From: Tubiluchus corallicola
Taxonomy: Eukaryota > Animalia > Priapulida
Reading direction: 5' to 3'
DNA length: 64,000 nt
Assembly: GCA_030141605.1 (NCBI GenBank)
Contig: JAQGDQ010000440.1
Coordinates: 1-64,000 of the forward strand
Part shown: positions 9,234-20,506 of the stretch, in pieces
Numbering within the stretch: the first letter of the stretch is position 1
Layout of the letters: every line of letters starts with the position of its first letter
The notes under the pieces: model-generated
Seen by the model: the letters and a program-made list of their open reading frames with translations, nothing else
Told to the model about the DNA's origin: nothing
The model's database searches: none
Made by a program: the position numbers and the translations under genes

Positions 9234-10526
9234 CTAATCGAATTCAGGTATGTTGTTCATGCGTATTGTCGTAGCATTTTTGTGTGCAAAAAGCTCCTCT
9301 GCTTCTGCCATTATCTCAATTGTTGGACCAAGACTAAGTATACCACCATGCGAAACTTCCTGAAAAGTTACCTTTCTGCAAAAGCTGTCTACATTCAACC
9401 CACTAAACGAACGTGCCCATCCGTGAGTAGGAAGGGTATGGTTTGTACCCGATGCATAATCGCCGGCACTCTCAGGAGTATAATTCCCCAAAAACACCGA
9501 ACCCGCATTAATAACCCTATCTGTCATATCCATCGCTGACCTGGTAGAAATAATTAAATGCTCAGGGGCATATGTATTAACTATTTCCAGCATCTCTTCT
9601 TCGCTTCTGGCAACAATCGCCACACTGTTTGCCAACGCTTTACCTGCAACCTCCTCTCGTGGCAGCTCTTTTATCTGAACATTTAGCTCATCCGACACCC
9701 TATCAACCATCAACTCATCTGTAGATATCAAAACAACATGGCTGTCTGCTCCATGCTCTGCTTGTGAAAGAATATCTGCGGCTATAAACTCAGGTTTTGC
9801 CGAGCTATCCGCCATTATTGCCAGTTCAGACGGGCCAGCAGGCATATCTATTGCACACTCCGATAACGATACAATCTGCTTGGCCATCGTAACCCACGCA
9901 TTCCCAGGGCCAAATATTTTATAAACACGCGGTAAAGACTCTGTTCCGTATGCCATAGCTCCAATAGCCTGTACCCCACCAATCCTGTACACCTTATCAA
10001 TTCCAATCAATCTGGCGGAAAAAAGAATAGCAGGGTGTATATTCGAATCTTTACCAGGTGGAGTACAAAGTGTAATATCCTTGCATCCTGCAATTTTTGC
10101 AGGTATTCCCAACATCAAAACCGTCGAAAACAACGGGGCACTGCCACCGGGGATATAAAGGCCAACCCTCTCTACCGGTACCGATTTCTGCCAGCACCTC
10201 ACTCCGGGCATAGTCTCAATAACTTTTGTGTCAAGCACTTGAGACCTGTGAAACGTGGAAATATTCTCTGCTGCTACACGAATAGCTCTCTTCAACTTAG
10301 GAGCAACCATAGCTTCGGCTCTCTCCATTTCACTCTTACATACCCTCAGACTATCGGGGGAAACTCCGTCAAACCTAAGTGAAAACTCCTTTACTGCCTT
10401 GTCACCACCCTCTTTCACCTTATTAAGTATTTCCCTTACGCCAGCACTTAACCCGGAATGATCTGAAACTGGCCTAGAAATTATCCTCTGCCAGGTATCG
10501 TAAGATGGATACTTATATATATGCAT
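9234..10526 (-). CDS. hisD: Histidinol dehydrogenase
   Basis: GLYIPGG, DMPAGPSE, SQAEH, APEHL, GDYASGTNHTLPT. Confidence 0.97.
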   Translation of the reverse strand: MHIYKYPSYDTWQRIISRPVSDHSGLSAGVREILNKVKEGGDKAVKEFSLRFDGVSPDSLRVCKSEMERAEAMVAPKLKRAIRVAAENISTFHRSQVLDTKVIETMPGVRCWQKSVPVERVGLYIPGGSAPLFSTVLMLGIPAKIAGCKDITLCTPPGKDSNIHPAILFSARLIGIDKVYRIGGVQAIGAMAYGTESLPRVYKIFGPGNAWVTMAKQIVSLSECAIDMPAGPSELAIMADSSAKPEFIAADILSQAEHGADSHVVLISTDELMVDRVSDELNVQIKELPREEVAGKALANSVAIVARSEEEMLEIVNTYAPEHLIISTRSAMDMTDRVINAGSVFLGNYTPESAGDYASGTNHTLPTHGWARSFSGLNVDSFCRKVTFQEVSHGGILSLGPTIEIMAEAEELFAHKNATTIRMNNIPEFD

Positions 10527-10537
10527 AACACACAGTG

Positions 10538-11401
10538 TTATATAATCATTTTCTCAATAGGTACAACAAGAATACCCTCTGCCCCGCACCTCTTTAAATT
10601 ACCTATCACTTCCCAGAAATCATCATCATCTATTACTGAATGCAACGAACTCCACCCCTCTTTTGCCAAAGGCACAATTGTAGGAGAAGTCATGCCGGGA
10701 AGTTCCTCTATAATCATATCAAGGCTTTTGTTGGGAGCGTTCAAAAGCACATACTTCTTACCCCTTCCTGCCTCAACCGACTCAATTCTGAAGATAAGCT
10801 CTTCTAAAATAGCTCTCTTATCTCTATCCAGCCCTGGAGTGCTAATAAGTACAGCCTCTGAATTCATCACGGTCTCCACCTCCTTTAGCCGGTTACTAAC
10901 CAGAGTGCTACCCGAACTTACTATATCAAATATTGCATCGGCAAGCCCTACTCCGGGGGCAATCTCCACCGAACCAGCTATAGTATGTATGTCTGCTGTA
11001 ATATTTTTTTCCCTGAGAAACACTTCTAATATACGCGGATATGAAGTTGCTATCTTTTTTCCTTCAAACCAGCTTATATCGCTATACTCAACAGGCTTTG
11101 GAATGGCAAGAGAAAGACGACACTTGCTAAAACCCAATCTCTTTACCACCTCCACTCTCTCACTCTTTTCATCTTTCTCATTCTCCCCAACAATACCAAT
11201 ATCTGCAACACCATCGGCAACCGACTGCGGTATATCATCATCCCGAAGGTAAAGTACCTCCATAGGAAAATTCTTTGCCGCAGATATAAGCTTTCTCCTC
11301 CCGGAAATAAGATTTATACCCGACTCTCTCAGTAGTTGAACAGACTCCTCATTCAACCTGCCCTTTGTCTGAATTGCAATACGTAACCTTGTGCCCACCA
11401 C
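10538..11401 (-). CDS. hisG: ATP phosphoribosyltransferase (long form)
   Basis: IAIQTKGRL, RDDDIP, GSVEIAP, DIVSSGSTL. Confidence 0.97.
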   Translation of the reverse strand: MVGTRLRIAIQTKGRLNEESVQLLRESGINLISGRRKLISAAKNFPMEVLYLRDDDIPQSVADGVADIGIVGENEKDEKSERVEVVKRLGFSKCRLSLAIPKPVEYSDISWFEGKKIATSYPRILEVFLREKNITADIHTIAGSVEIAPGVGLADAIFDIVSSGSTLVSNRLKEVETVMNSEAVLISTPGLDRDKRAILEELIFRIESVEAGRGKKYVLLNAPNKSLDMIIEELPGMTSPTIVPLAKEGWSSLHSVIDDDDFWEVIGNLKRCGAEGILVVPIEKMII

Positions 11402-11413
11402 TTCTCATGCTAT

Positions 11414-11539
11414 AAATAAGGCTTACCCTAACCGGTAAGCCTTATTTGGTATATAATTTTATAACGCTTTTCACTTATACCAACTACACTCTGTCCCTCT
11501 CTAGTGACAACAACTGTAATTTGTGCAAGCTTCTGTCAT
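11414..11539 (-). promoter_or_regulatory. his operon attenuator-like leader: 12-aa uORF (11539-11501) and terminator hairpin (11414-11447)
   Basis: uORF MTEACTNYSCCH*; TTGGTATA/TATACCAA stem; hairpin AAATAAGGCTTACC-N6-GGTAAGCCTTATTT just before hisG. Confidence 0.65.
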
Positions 11540-11840
11540 GCCCACACTTCCTTTTGACAAAAGTAGCCAAAAAATACAAGAGAGACAATAATTGAGATCC
11601 TTGCAAGATGAAAGATTTTGGTTCATGTTGAATAAAAATTTGATAAAAAACACAATCTTATTATTGTAAGTGAAAGCTTTTGATAAAAACAATACTAAAA
11701 AGCGAGTTTTGAAAAGTCCCCAATAATCTGTTTTAATACAATTACATTTAATAAACTTCTACATAACAGAAAGCTTTGACTCCGACCAAGGAAAACACGA
11801 TAAAAATTATCATTTACCGGGGAAATAAATCCCGGACAAG

Positions 11841-14015
11841 CTATCTTTCCAGCGCCTCCGGGGTTTCATCTTCAACCAAACAAAAATCCATTTGTCGCTT
11901 TTGAAGACTTGCCCTCACAACTTTGACATACACTTCATCTCCCAATTGATACCTCTTATGCGAATGCTGCCCGATAATACAGTAGTTTTTCTCATCCAAT
12001 ACATAAAAATCATCTGTCAAATCGCGTAAAGGCACCATTCCCTCACACTTATTCTCTTCAATCTCAACATAAATACCCCAATCAGTAACTCCGGATATAA
12101 CCCCTTTAAACTGTTGCCCAAGCCTATCTTTCATAAACTCTACCTGCTTATACTTTATTGATGTTCGCTCAGCGTTAGCTGCCCTGGACTCCATCTCTGA
12201 CGAGTGCTTGCACATACCCTCCCACTTTTGCGGCTGAACCGACCTACTACCACCAAGATATCTCGACAAGAGGCGATGAACCATCATGTCGGGATAACGG
12301 CGAATTGGCGAAGTAAAATGGGTGTAATGCTCAAATGACAGTCCGTAGTGCCCGATATTCCTAGTCGAGTATTCAGCCTTTGCCATCGTACGAATAGCCA
12401 GGGTCTCTATTATATTACGCTCTTTCTTCCCCTCAATGTTCGTCATCAGATTATTCATTGATAAAGAAACGGCGGAAGGGGTGTCTGTCTTTATCCCATA
12501 CCCAAACCTCCTAATAAAATAATTAAAACTATCCAGCTTATCAGGATCCGGCTTATCGTGGATGCGATAAACAAACGTTCTCGCTTTGCGCCATGAAGAG
12601 CGCCCTCCTATAAACTCTGCTACACGCCTATTGGCAAGTAACATAAACTCCTCTACCAGCTTATTGGCATCCTTAGCATCCTTAAAAATAACACCCAGGG
12701 GCTTCCCGTTTTCATCAATTTCAAACTTTGCCTCTGTGCGTTCAAAAGCGATAGACCCCTCCTTGAAACGACTATCCCGCAACCTCTTTGCCAAGGAATT
12801 AAGTGCACATATCTCCTCCTTCATATCTCCAGCACCCGTTTCTATCACATCCTGCGCCTCCTCGTAAGTAAACCTTCGGGTAGAATGAATTAAAGTACGG
12901 CCAAACCACTGGGAATGAACTTTTGCGCTATCATCCAAATGAAATACAGCCGAAAAACAGAGCTTATCCTCATGGGGGCGCAATGAACACACACCATTAG
13001 ACAGAATCTCCGGGAGCATAGGAACAACCCTGTCTACAAGATACACAGAGGTCGCTCTGTTGTACGCCTCCTCATCCAGCAGTGTCCCGGGAATTACATA
13101 ATGGGTAACATCTGCAATATGAACTCCCACCTCCCACAAACCGCTCTCCAGCTTTTGAACAGAAAGGGCATCATCAAAATCTTTTGCATCAATAGGATCA
13201 ATTGTAAACGTTGGAACTCCCCTGAAATCTCTTCTCCGGCCTATCTCCTCATCCGTTATCTCAGTTGGTACCTTACTCGCCGCCTTCTCAACCTTTAACG
13301 GGAACTTGTGAGGAAGCCCAAACTCCGCAAGAATAGCATGCATCTCCGTATTATTCTCCCCCTCATTGCCAAGAACTTCAACAATCTCCGCAAATGGATT
13401 ACGAGCATGCTCCGGCCAATCTATAATTCGTGCGATAGCTTTCTGCCCATCCTTGACTCCATTCAGCTTCTCTTTGGGGATAAATAGGTCAAACGGACTT
13501 TTTGAAGAGGGGACAAGGAATGCATTAAATGAAGAAAACTCTACTGTCCCCACAAAGGTAGACTTCGCTCTCTCTAAAACCTTTACCACTTCACCCTCAG
13601 GCTGCCGCTTCTTCCTGCGGGCATATACATAAACCTGAACCTTATCACCACCCATAGCCCTGTGCATATTAGCCGCAGAAACAAAAATAGGCTCATCAAT
13701 CTCTTCACAAATAATATTTCCGGCACCCTTAGCAGTCATCTCCACCACTCCGGTAATATATCCCCCTTTAGACTTCAACCCATACTTGCCGCGTGCAACC
13801 TCTTCCAGGTACCCACTATCACGTAACTCCTGTAAAACAACATTTATCAACTGCTTAACAGGAGCCTCCTTTACTTTAAGCTCCGAGGCCAGTTGCTTAT
13901 AATTGAAACTCCTCTTATAATCACTATAAAAAATGGCAAGGATATTCTTCTTAAGGCCTGCCTTGTTAAATCTCACCTTTCTCTTTTTCACTCTTTTCTT
14001 TTTTCCCATAATCAC
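11841..14015 (-). CDS. rnr: Ribonuclease R
   Basis: TIDPIDAKDFDDA, HFTSPIRRYPD, C-terminal S1 domain. Confidence 0.96.
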   Translation of the reverse strand: MIMGKKKRVKKRKVRFNKAGLKKNILAIFYSDYKRSFNYKQLASELKVKEAPVKQLINVVLQELRDSGYLEEVARGKYGLKSKGGYITGVVEMTAKGAGNIICEEIDEPIFVSAANMHRAMGGDKVQVYVYARRKKRQPEGEVVKVLERAKSTFVGTVEFSSFNAFLVPSSKSPFDLFIPKEKLNGVKDGQKAIARIIDWPEHARNPFAEIVEVLGNEGENNTEMHAILAEFGLPHKFPLKVEKAASKVPTEITDEEIGRRRDFRGVPTFTIDPIDAKDFDDALSVQKLESGLWEVGVHIADVTHYVIPGTLLDEEAYNRATSVYLVDRVVPMLPEILSNGVCSLRPHEDKLCFSAVFHLDDSAKVHSQWFGRTLIHSTRRFTYEEAQDVIETGAGDMKEEICALNSLAKRLRDSRFKEGSIAFERTEAKFEIDENGKPLGVIFKDAKDANKLVEEFMLLANRRVAEFIGGRSSWRKARTFVYRIHDKPDPDKLDSFNYFIRRFGYGIKTDTPSAVSLSMNNLMTNIEGKKERNIIETLAIRTMAKAEYSTRNIGHYGLSFEHYTHFTSPIRRYPDMMVHRLLSRYLGGSRSVQPQKWEGMCKHSSEMESRAANAERTSIKYKQVEFMKDRLGQQFKGVISGVTDWGIYVEIEENKCEGMVPLRDLTDDFYVLDEKNYCIIGQHSHKRYQLGDEVYVKVVRASLQKRQMDFCLVEDETPEALER

Positions 14016-14174
14016 TAAATCAATTTGTGTTTCCCATCCTCATCCGATTCCAGGCACACTATACCTACTCTTTATTGCCATACTTCAAAAGTATTGATTT
14101 TAATTGCATCCTGACTTCTCTTAGGACAATAAAAAACATACATTTGTAAAAAAATATCAAAGTCCTAGAAGTGC

Positions 14175-16686
14175 ATGAAAGCAATAATAAATAGAATTCA
14201 CTTAAAGAAAGCTACACCCCACTTAATACCAATACTTATCTTTCTCCTCATCTCACTAATATACTTCTCGCCTGTCCTGGAGGGAAAACGTATTAACGCA
14301 GGAGATCTCCGCAACTTTAAAGGAATATCTAGAGAAATTGTCGAATACAGAAACAGCACAGGAGAAGAGCCACTGTGGACAAATTCCATATTTGGAGGAA
14401 TGCCGACCTATTTAATCTCCACTATATATCCTGCAAATATAATACATAAACTTAAAAGTTTCATATACACCATACCGAGGCCAGCCAGCTACCTCTTTTT
14501 AAAGTTCCTATTGTTTTACCTTCTGTGTGTCTCACTTGGCGCCTCCCCATGGATAAGTCTCGTCGGCTCACTCGCGTATGGGTTCTCAACATACTTCTTC
14601 GTCTTGTTTGGTGCGGGGCACTCATCGAAAACGCACACACTAGTATTCAACTCAATGGTTGTTACAGGTATATTACTGGCATACAGAAATAAAAAGCTGC
14701 TAGGCAGTATTATAACGGCATTTGGAATATCATGGATGCTAAGCGCCAGTCACCCGCAAATGACATACTATACAGGACTGTTGGTGATGGTTCTTATCCT
14801 GACATACTTCATCTTTGCTATAAGAGAGAAGGCACTACCAGACTTCTTCAAAACATCACTTACTACTACTGGCGGCACTGCTGCTGGCCATATGCACCAA
14901 CTTCTCAAGGCTGTACACAACCTACGAGTATGGAAAATTCTCAATGCGGGGCAAATCAGAACTAAGCAGTAATAAAGGTGAAGGCAAAGTCTCATCCGGG
15001 CTTGAAAAAGACTATATATGGGGATATAGCTATGATCTTGGAGAAGCTGTTGCTGCTTTTATACCCCGGTTTAAAGGTGGGGGAATGAGAGAACCCCTCG
15101 GCGAAGAGTCGGAAACTTTTAAAGTGCTCTCCAAAAGTCAGGGCAGAATAAGGGCAAAAAAAATAGCCCAGGCTCTACCCCTGTATTGGGGGGACCAGCC
15201 TATCGTTGAAGGATCATACTACTTTGGGGCTGTATTATGCTTCCTGTTCGTCCTCGGACTTTTCATTGTAAAAGGCAAAGACAAGTGGTGGATAGCTGTT
15301 GTAGTTATATTCTCGTTTTTACTATCGCTCGGGAAAAACCTCCCAGCATTTAACAGTATAATGATAGACCACTTCCCGTGGTACAACAAGTTCAGGGACG
15401 TGAAAGGTGTTGTAGTGATACAACAATTTTCAATGGCACTTCTCGGAGTACTGGCCATAAAAAATATTTTTGAACAAAACATAACAAAAGTACAATTTCG
15501 GAGTGCGTTGAAATATGCGTTTGGCATAACAGGGGGGCTGGCACTGATTTTCATACTATTTCCAGGACTGGCCGGAGACTTTACAGGAAACAGTGATTCA
15601 CAATTTGGATGGCCTGAGCATTTGATAGAAGCACTTCGGGAAGATAGAAGATCTGTACTTAAAGCAGACGCACTACGCTCCCTGATCTTCGTATCACTTG
15701 CCGCACTAACTGTTTGGTTATTTTGGGAAAAGAAGATCAAGGGGGTCCATGCGTTGACTATATGGAGCGTACTAGTCCTGACAGACATGTGGCCCATAAA
15801 TAAAAAACACCTAAACCACAGTAACTTTGAATACCCCAAAAGAATGGAAATACCATTCCCCAAAACAGAAGCAGATGGCATCATCCTTGAAGACACCGAT
15901 CCCGACTTCAGAGTACTCAATACCACAGTAAACCCCTTTGTAGACGCGTCAACATCCTTTTACCACAAATCTGTAGGAGGATACCACGGTGCAAAGATGC
16001 AACGATATCAGGAATTGGCCGATCACTACTTAAGCAATGAGATATACACAGTTATGGCTCAACTGAGACAAATTGAAGCCGAATCGGAACTTGACTCTCT
16101 CTTTATAAACACCCCTGTGCTAAATATGCTAAACACAAAATATATGATATTTAACACCAGCACAGGCCCCATAATGAATAATAATGCCAACGGACACGCA
16201 TGGCTAGTTGATAATGTGAAAATTGTTGACAACCCGGACCAGGAGCTTGAAGCGCTAGGAGTATTAAATTTCACCAAAGAAGCAGTTGTAGACAAGCAGT
16301 TTAGCAGCTTGATTAACAACATGGAAGCACCGCCTCAAAAAAACAACTCATCGCTGCTCCTAAAAAGCTATAGCCCCAACAAGATGGTGTACCAGTATAA
16401 AGGAGAAAAAAATAACGTAGCTATATTCTCCGAAATATACTATCCTAAAGGATGGAACGCTTATATTGATGGAAAACTAACGCCTCATTTCAGAGCAAAC
16501 TATATACTCAGGGCTATGTCACTGCCCCAGGGAGAATATGAAATAGAATTTAAATTTGAACCAAAATCATATATCATAGGAAACAGAATATCACTAATAA
16601 GCTCCATTATTCTTATAATAGCAACTCTAGCCTTAATACTGCAAAAGCTCAGGGCAATACCCCCCACTATTAAACAGCAGCAATAA
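14175..16686 (+). pseudogene. YfhO-family membrane glycosyltransferase-like protein, split by a frameshift near 14860
   Basis: N-part WTNSIFGGMP; alternative frame continues LLAALLLAICTNFSRLYTTYEYGKFSMRGKSEL into ORF 14944-16686 (GGYHGAK, FSEIYYPKGW). Confidence 0.8.
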
Positions 16687-16942
16687 ACAGGGGAGCAAAA
16701 ACAGAACCTTTTTCAGCTCCTTAATCTCATTAAAATGCAATTCTATATACCCCATATCCCCTATCATCTGTCGCATAGTTAGTTGCAGCTACGCTTTCAA
16801 TACTTTGCCATGAATTATCAAATTTGGCTTGGTCAACCGATTTAATACCCGAGTAATGTGTAAGCTATAAAGTTTTTATGCCTAAATCACTGTAATCCAA
16901 TACACATCTGCCGACATTACGCATAACACGTTTTAGCAAAGG

Positions 16943-17962
16943 TTATTTATATTTTTCTATAAATTCAACCACTAAAGAATAAAACTTATTAGGTTTTTCC
17001 CAATGAGGAGTATGCCCACACTCCTCTAACACATATTTGTATTTATCAGCTTCTGGTGTTTGAATTAAAGTATATAATGAATCGGCTACTTGAAAAGGTA
17101 CAGATCCATCTTCTTTACCCCAAATCAATAGTGACGGTTGTAATATTTTTGGGGCAGCAGGCATAAAGTTATATCCCGCAACAAAGTTGGTATAATTATA
17201 AACATCAGTCCAAGGCATTATTTGAAAAAAAGAGAAAAAATGCTTCTCCCCTTTTGAATATGGATTGAGGGCATTCGCTTCGTCTTCGTCATATATCCAA
17301 CCATCTAACATATCTACAAATTGATAGGGTTCATTATCCCCCTCATCAGGATATGGATTTTTTGTCCACCAATCTATGATATCCAGCCATTTTTGGTCTC
17401 CTGTTTCATTATACTTTGCTTGGGCTCTTGGTATTTGCCACTCCCTTTTAAGTTCCATTTCCCAGCGATCTTGCAAAGAGCCATTTGAGTTTATCCACCC
17501 ATTTATTGTTTTATTCATACCCTCCCATCCTAAATAGCTGATAGTTAATCCTCCTCCCCAGCTGTGACCATAAATAAAGATTGAGCCTGGAGAATAATGG
17601 TGTTCTATCAATGTAATAACCCTATCAAGATCAGTAATATGATGCTGAAGTGTAATGCTCCCAGTTATCGGGTCTCCTTTGCTATTTCCCGCAAAGCGCT
17701 GATCATAATAAACCACAGCATACTCTTTTTCTAAATTTCTAAATGAGGTTGCAGTGTGAAAATCAAAAGCTGAGCCAAATCCTGGCCCTCCATGATTGCA
17801 AATGATGAAAATCCCGGATGCAACATTACCTGTTATCCATATCGGTAGTACTGCATCATCTGTTTTTAAATACATAGTCTCCCCTTCAGTGTTCCAGTGC
17901 TCTGTCTTTTTACAAGAAAAGATAATTGGAATAATAACCAATAGTAGTAAAACCCTTTGCAT
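16943..17962 (-). CDS. Alpha/beta hydrolase lipoprotein (proline iminopeptidase-like)
   Basis: Lipobox FSC, HGGPG, YDQR, GHSWGG, C-terminal GHTPH. Confidence 0.85.
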   Translation of the reverse strand: MQRVLLLLVIIPIIFSCKKTEHWNTEGETMYLKTDDAVLPIWITGNVASGIFIICNHGGPGFGSAFDFHTATSFRNLEKEYAVVYYDQRFAGNSKGDPITGSITLQHHITDLDRVITLIEHHYSPGSIFIYGHSWGGGLTISYLGWEGMNKTINGWINSNGSLQDRWEMELKREWQIPRAQAKYNETGDQKWLDIIDWWTKNPYPDEGDNEPYQFVDMLDGWIYDEDEANALNPYSKGEKHFFSFFQIMPWTDVYNYTNFVAGYNFMPAAPKILQPSLLIWGKEDGSVPFQVADSLYTLIQTPEADKYKYVLEECGHTPHWEKPNKFYSLVVEFIEKYK

Positions 17963-17964
17963 AA

Positions 17965-18573
17965 CTAATTATTTTTATTGCTAGTAAATCGAATGGAGTA
18001 ACCTAAGGCAATGCTATAGTGAAAAACAAAGCCATCATTTTCTGGCAGTTGCAAAAATGCATTTGGTCTAAACCAAATGTAGTGGTCATACTCTTCTACT
18101 GATAGAATTTTATAACCAAAGTCGATATAAAATGATGGCATAAAATCAATACCTGCATAGTTTGAAACTTGAGTGACATTACCTAAGTGATCGACCTCAA
18201 AAACGCCAAGATCTGAATGATACCACGAGCTCATAATTCCCAAGCCTGCCCCAGCACCAACAAACATTTGATTTTTGAAAGTATGGCGTACAGATGGCGC
18301 AAGATCAAGAAAAATAGCTTGATGACTTCTCTTATGAAAATAGTAGCCAATACCTGCTCTTATAGGAAAGCTGACTATCTTTTCATTATCTATACCAGTA
18401 TATTCGGATTGTAAGTAAAACCCAGGATGTGTTATCCTTTCTCCATAATAACCAATTCCAAAAGTAAATTTATCCTGACCGTAAAGAGATATTACGGTAA
18501 GAGTAAGGACTAGAATAGTAAGAAATGATCGTCTCACTATCATTTTATTCTTAAAATCTAACTTCCCAACCAA
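17965..18573 (-). CDS. Hypothetical outer-membrane beta-barrel protein
   Basis: Signal peptide and alternating aromatic beta-strands; co-oriented 2 nt upstream of the hydrolase. Confidence 0.6.
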   Translation of the reverse strand: MVGKLDFKNKMIVRRSFLTILVLTLTVISLYGQDKFTFGIGYYGERITHPGFYLQSEYTGIDNEKIVSFPIRAGIGYYFHKRSHQAIFLDLAPSVRHTFKNQMFVGAGAGLGIMSSWYHSDLGVFEVDHLGNVTQVSNYAGIDFMPSFYIDFGYKILSVEEYDHYIWFRPNAFLQLPENDGFVFHYSIALGYSIRFTSNKNN

Positions 18574-19627
18574 ATTAAGATTTTAAGATTTAGTATTTTT
18601 AGTTTTTAATATTTGCCAGCGCTCCGCCTATATGAAAACAGTTGAACTTGCAGGCTGCATTCTTATCTACCGTATAAGAAACTTGAAATTTTACTATCTA
18701 AGTTTTAGTATTTAGGTTATCCCATACCTTTTCAATATCGATATATTCTCTATTGAATTAGAAAAACACTCTCTCCCCTAATTTAGAAAGAATAGTATCT
18801 TTTACCCTCTCCTGGAAATTAAATCCGCTTTTACAAAGCCATCTTGTTGAAATTTACACCTCTTTATCTGTTGGTTCAGCATGATTAATTCCATCTGCAA
18901 TCTGTATTACACTTCGGTAACCTGCGAAAATCTACGGTATGGTTGTATTATCGCTTATTTTATGTTGCCTAACTATTAGATATAAAAACCTTTCATACAT
19001 CCTGCCGGTTCTGGGTACAATATAATGTTTTTTTGCATTAAAATATTAAATTTTACATTATTATGAGTCCATGACTCGTAATATTTTAGAGGCCCAAACA
19101 GCACAGCAAATACCACTAGGGGTATATAATTCCATAGTAGAACTTGCTGAAAAATACTTTAAGAGGCCATTACCTGGTATTGCAGAAATCGACTTCCACA
19201 GATACTTTTATCATATTGAATTGACAAGTTTGGGTTCAACAAAAGATCACAGCTTGCCGGCAAAATGGGAATTTTGACTCAGATTGAGGAAAAATTCGAT
19301 AAAAAACACAGTCTTTCAATCTAAATAAAGGGGTTTTGAATAGGACTTTGACAAAAAGATGGACTTTGTAAAGGCCTCAAATAATAAAAATCACTCATTC
19401 TATTGTATATTTGTGTGGCAGTTTCGGAATAGAGCCATATAAAGCAAGACCTTTGCAGAGCAGTAAACCTTGGTTTAGGCTGAGAAAAAATCCGATAAAA
19501 AACTGCAGCTTATTGATGTAGGTAAAGGACTTTAATAAGGATATTAATAAAAATATGAACTCTATAAAAGTACCGGGGCAAAACACACCCGTAATGCGGG
19601 ATACAATAACCTAAGTAAAAATGAAAT

Positions 19628-20506
19628 ATGGTTAAAAGAAAACCTAAAAAGGCAAAAAAAAGGCTGCTTGGATCTTACTTTACAACAACATTAAGCATAT
19701 CAATGGTCTTATTTCTGGTAGGACTAATGGGAATACTGCTTATGAATGCAAAGCGCCTGTCCGACTATGTAATGGAAAATGTTGGAGTAACTCTTGTCCT
19801 GGAAAGTGGCTCCCGTGAAGTAGATATTATAAAATTACAAAAAAATCTTGATGCCACTGAATATATAAAGTCAACAAAATTTGTCGACAAAAAAAGCGCT
19901 GCGGAAAAACTAAAAAATGAACTGGGAGAGGACTTTGTCGACTTCCTGGGATATAACCCATTACTGGAATCTATTGAGGTAAAAGTATTTGCAAAATATG
20001 CAAACCCCGATAGCCTGAATGTGCTCGAAAGTAGATACCTCATGCTTCCGGAAGTAAGAGAAGTACATTATCATCATAACCTGGTAAAACAGCTAAACAA
20101 AAATGTGAATAAAATCAGCTTTATACTACTGGTATTAAGCGGGCTAATGCTAACTATCTTCATAGCCCTGATAAACAACGCAATAAGGCTATCCATTTAC
20201 TCAAACCGTTTTCTTATAAATACAATGCAACTTGTTGGCGCCACCCGCTCGTTTATACGGCGGCCTCTTATATTAAAAGGTGTGCTACATGGAGTATACG
20301 GGTCAATTATTGCGTGGCTTATGATACTTGGGCTTATATTTTCATACCAATCAGAACTAAAAGTTCTGATTGACTTTCAAAACCAGTGGCAACTGGCCAT
20401 ATTGGGGGGAATTGTATTTGCTGTCGGCATAATAATCTCCGGTATCTCAACGTATTTTGCTGTGAATAAATTTCTAAAAATGAAGTTCGACGAACTCTTT
20501 TATTAA
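19628..20506 (+). CDS. ftsX: Cell division permease FtsX
   Basis: TTTLSISMVLFLVG, DFLGYNPL, TMQLVGATRSFIRRP. Confidence 0.93.
   Translation: MVKRKPKKAKKRLLGSYFTTTLSISMVLFLVGLMGILLMNAKRLSDYVMENVGVTLVLESGSREVDIIKLQKNLDATEYIKSTKFVDKKSAAEKLKNELGEDFVDFLGYNPLLESIEVKVFAKYANPDSLNVLESRYLMLPEVREVHYHHNLVKQLNKNVNKISFILLVLSGLMLTIFIALINNAIRLSIYSNRFLINTMQLVGATRSFIRRPLILKGVLHGVYGSIIAWLMILGLIFSYQSELKVLIDFQNQWQLAILGGIVFAVGIIISGISTYFAVNKFLKMKFDELFY

Noticed and set aside
10521-11252. Long antisense ORFs over hisG, yfhO, uppP, the adhesin and the kinases
   Set aside because: They are shadow frames of well-supported genes.
6947-11401. his operon lacking hisH/A/F/IE
   Set aside because: A split into hisGDCB and hisHAF(IE) is common in Bacteroidales.
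19071-19586. Small ORFs 19071-19277 and 19395-19586
   Set aside because: No recognisable motifs; they lie in repeat-laden intergenic DNA.
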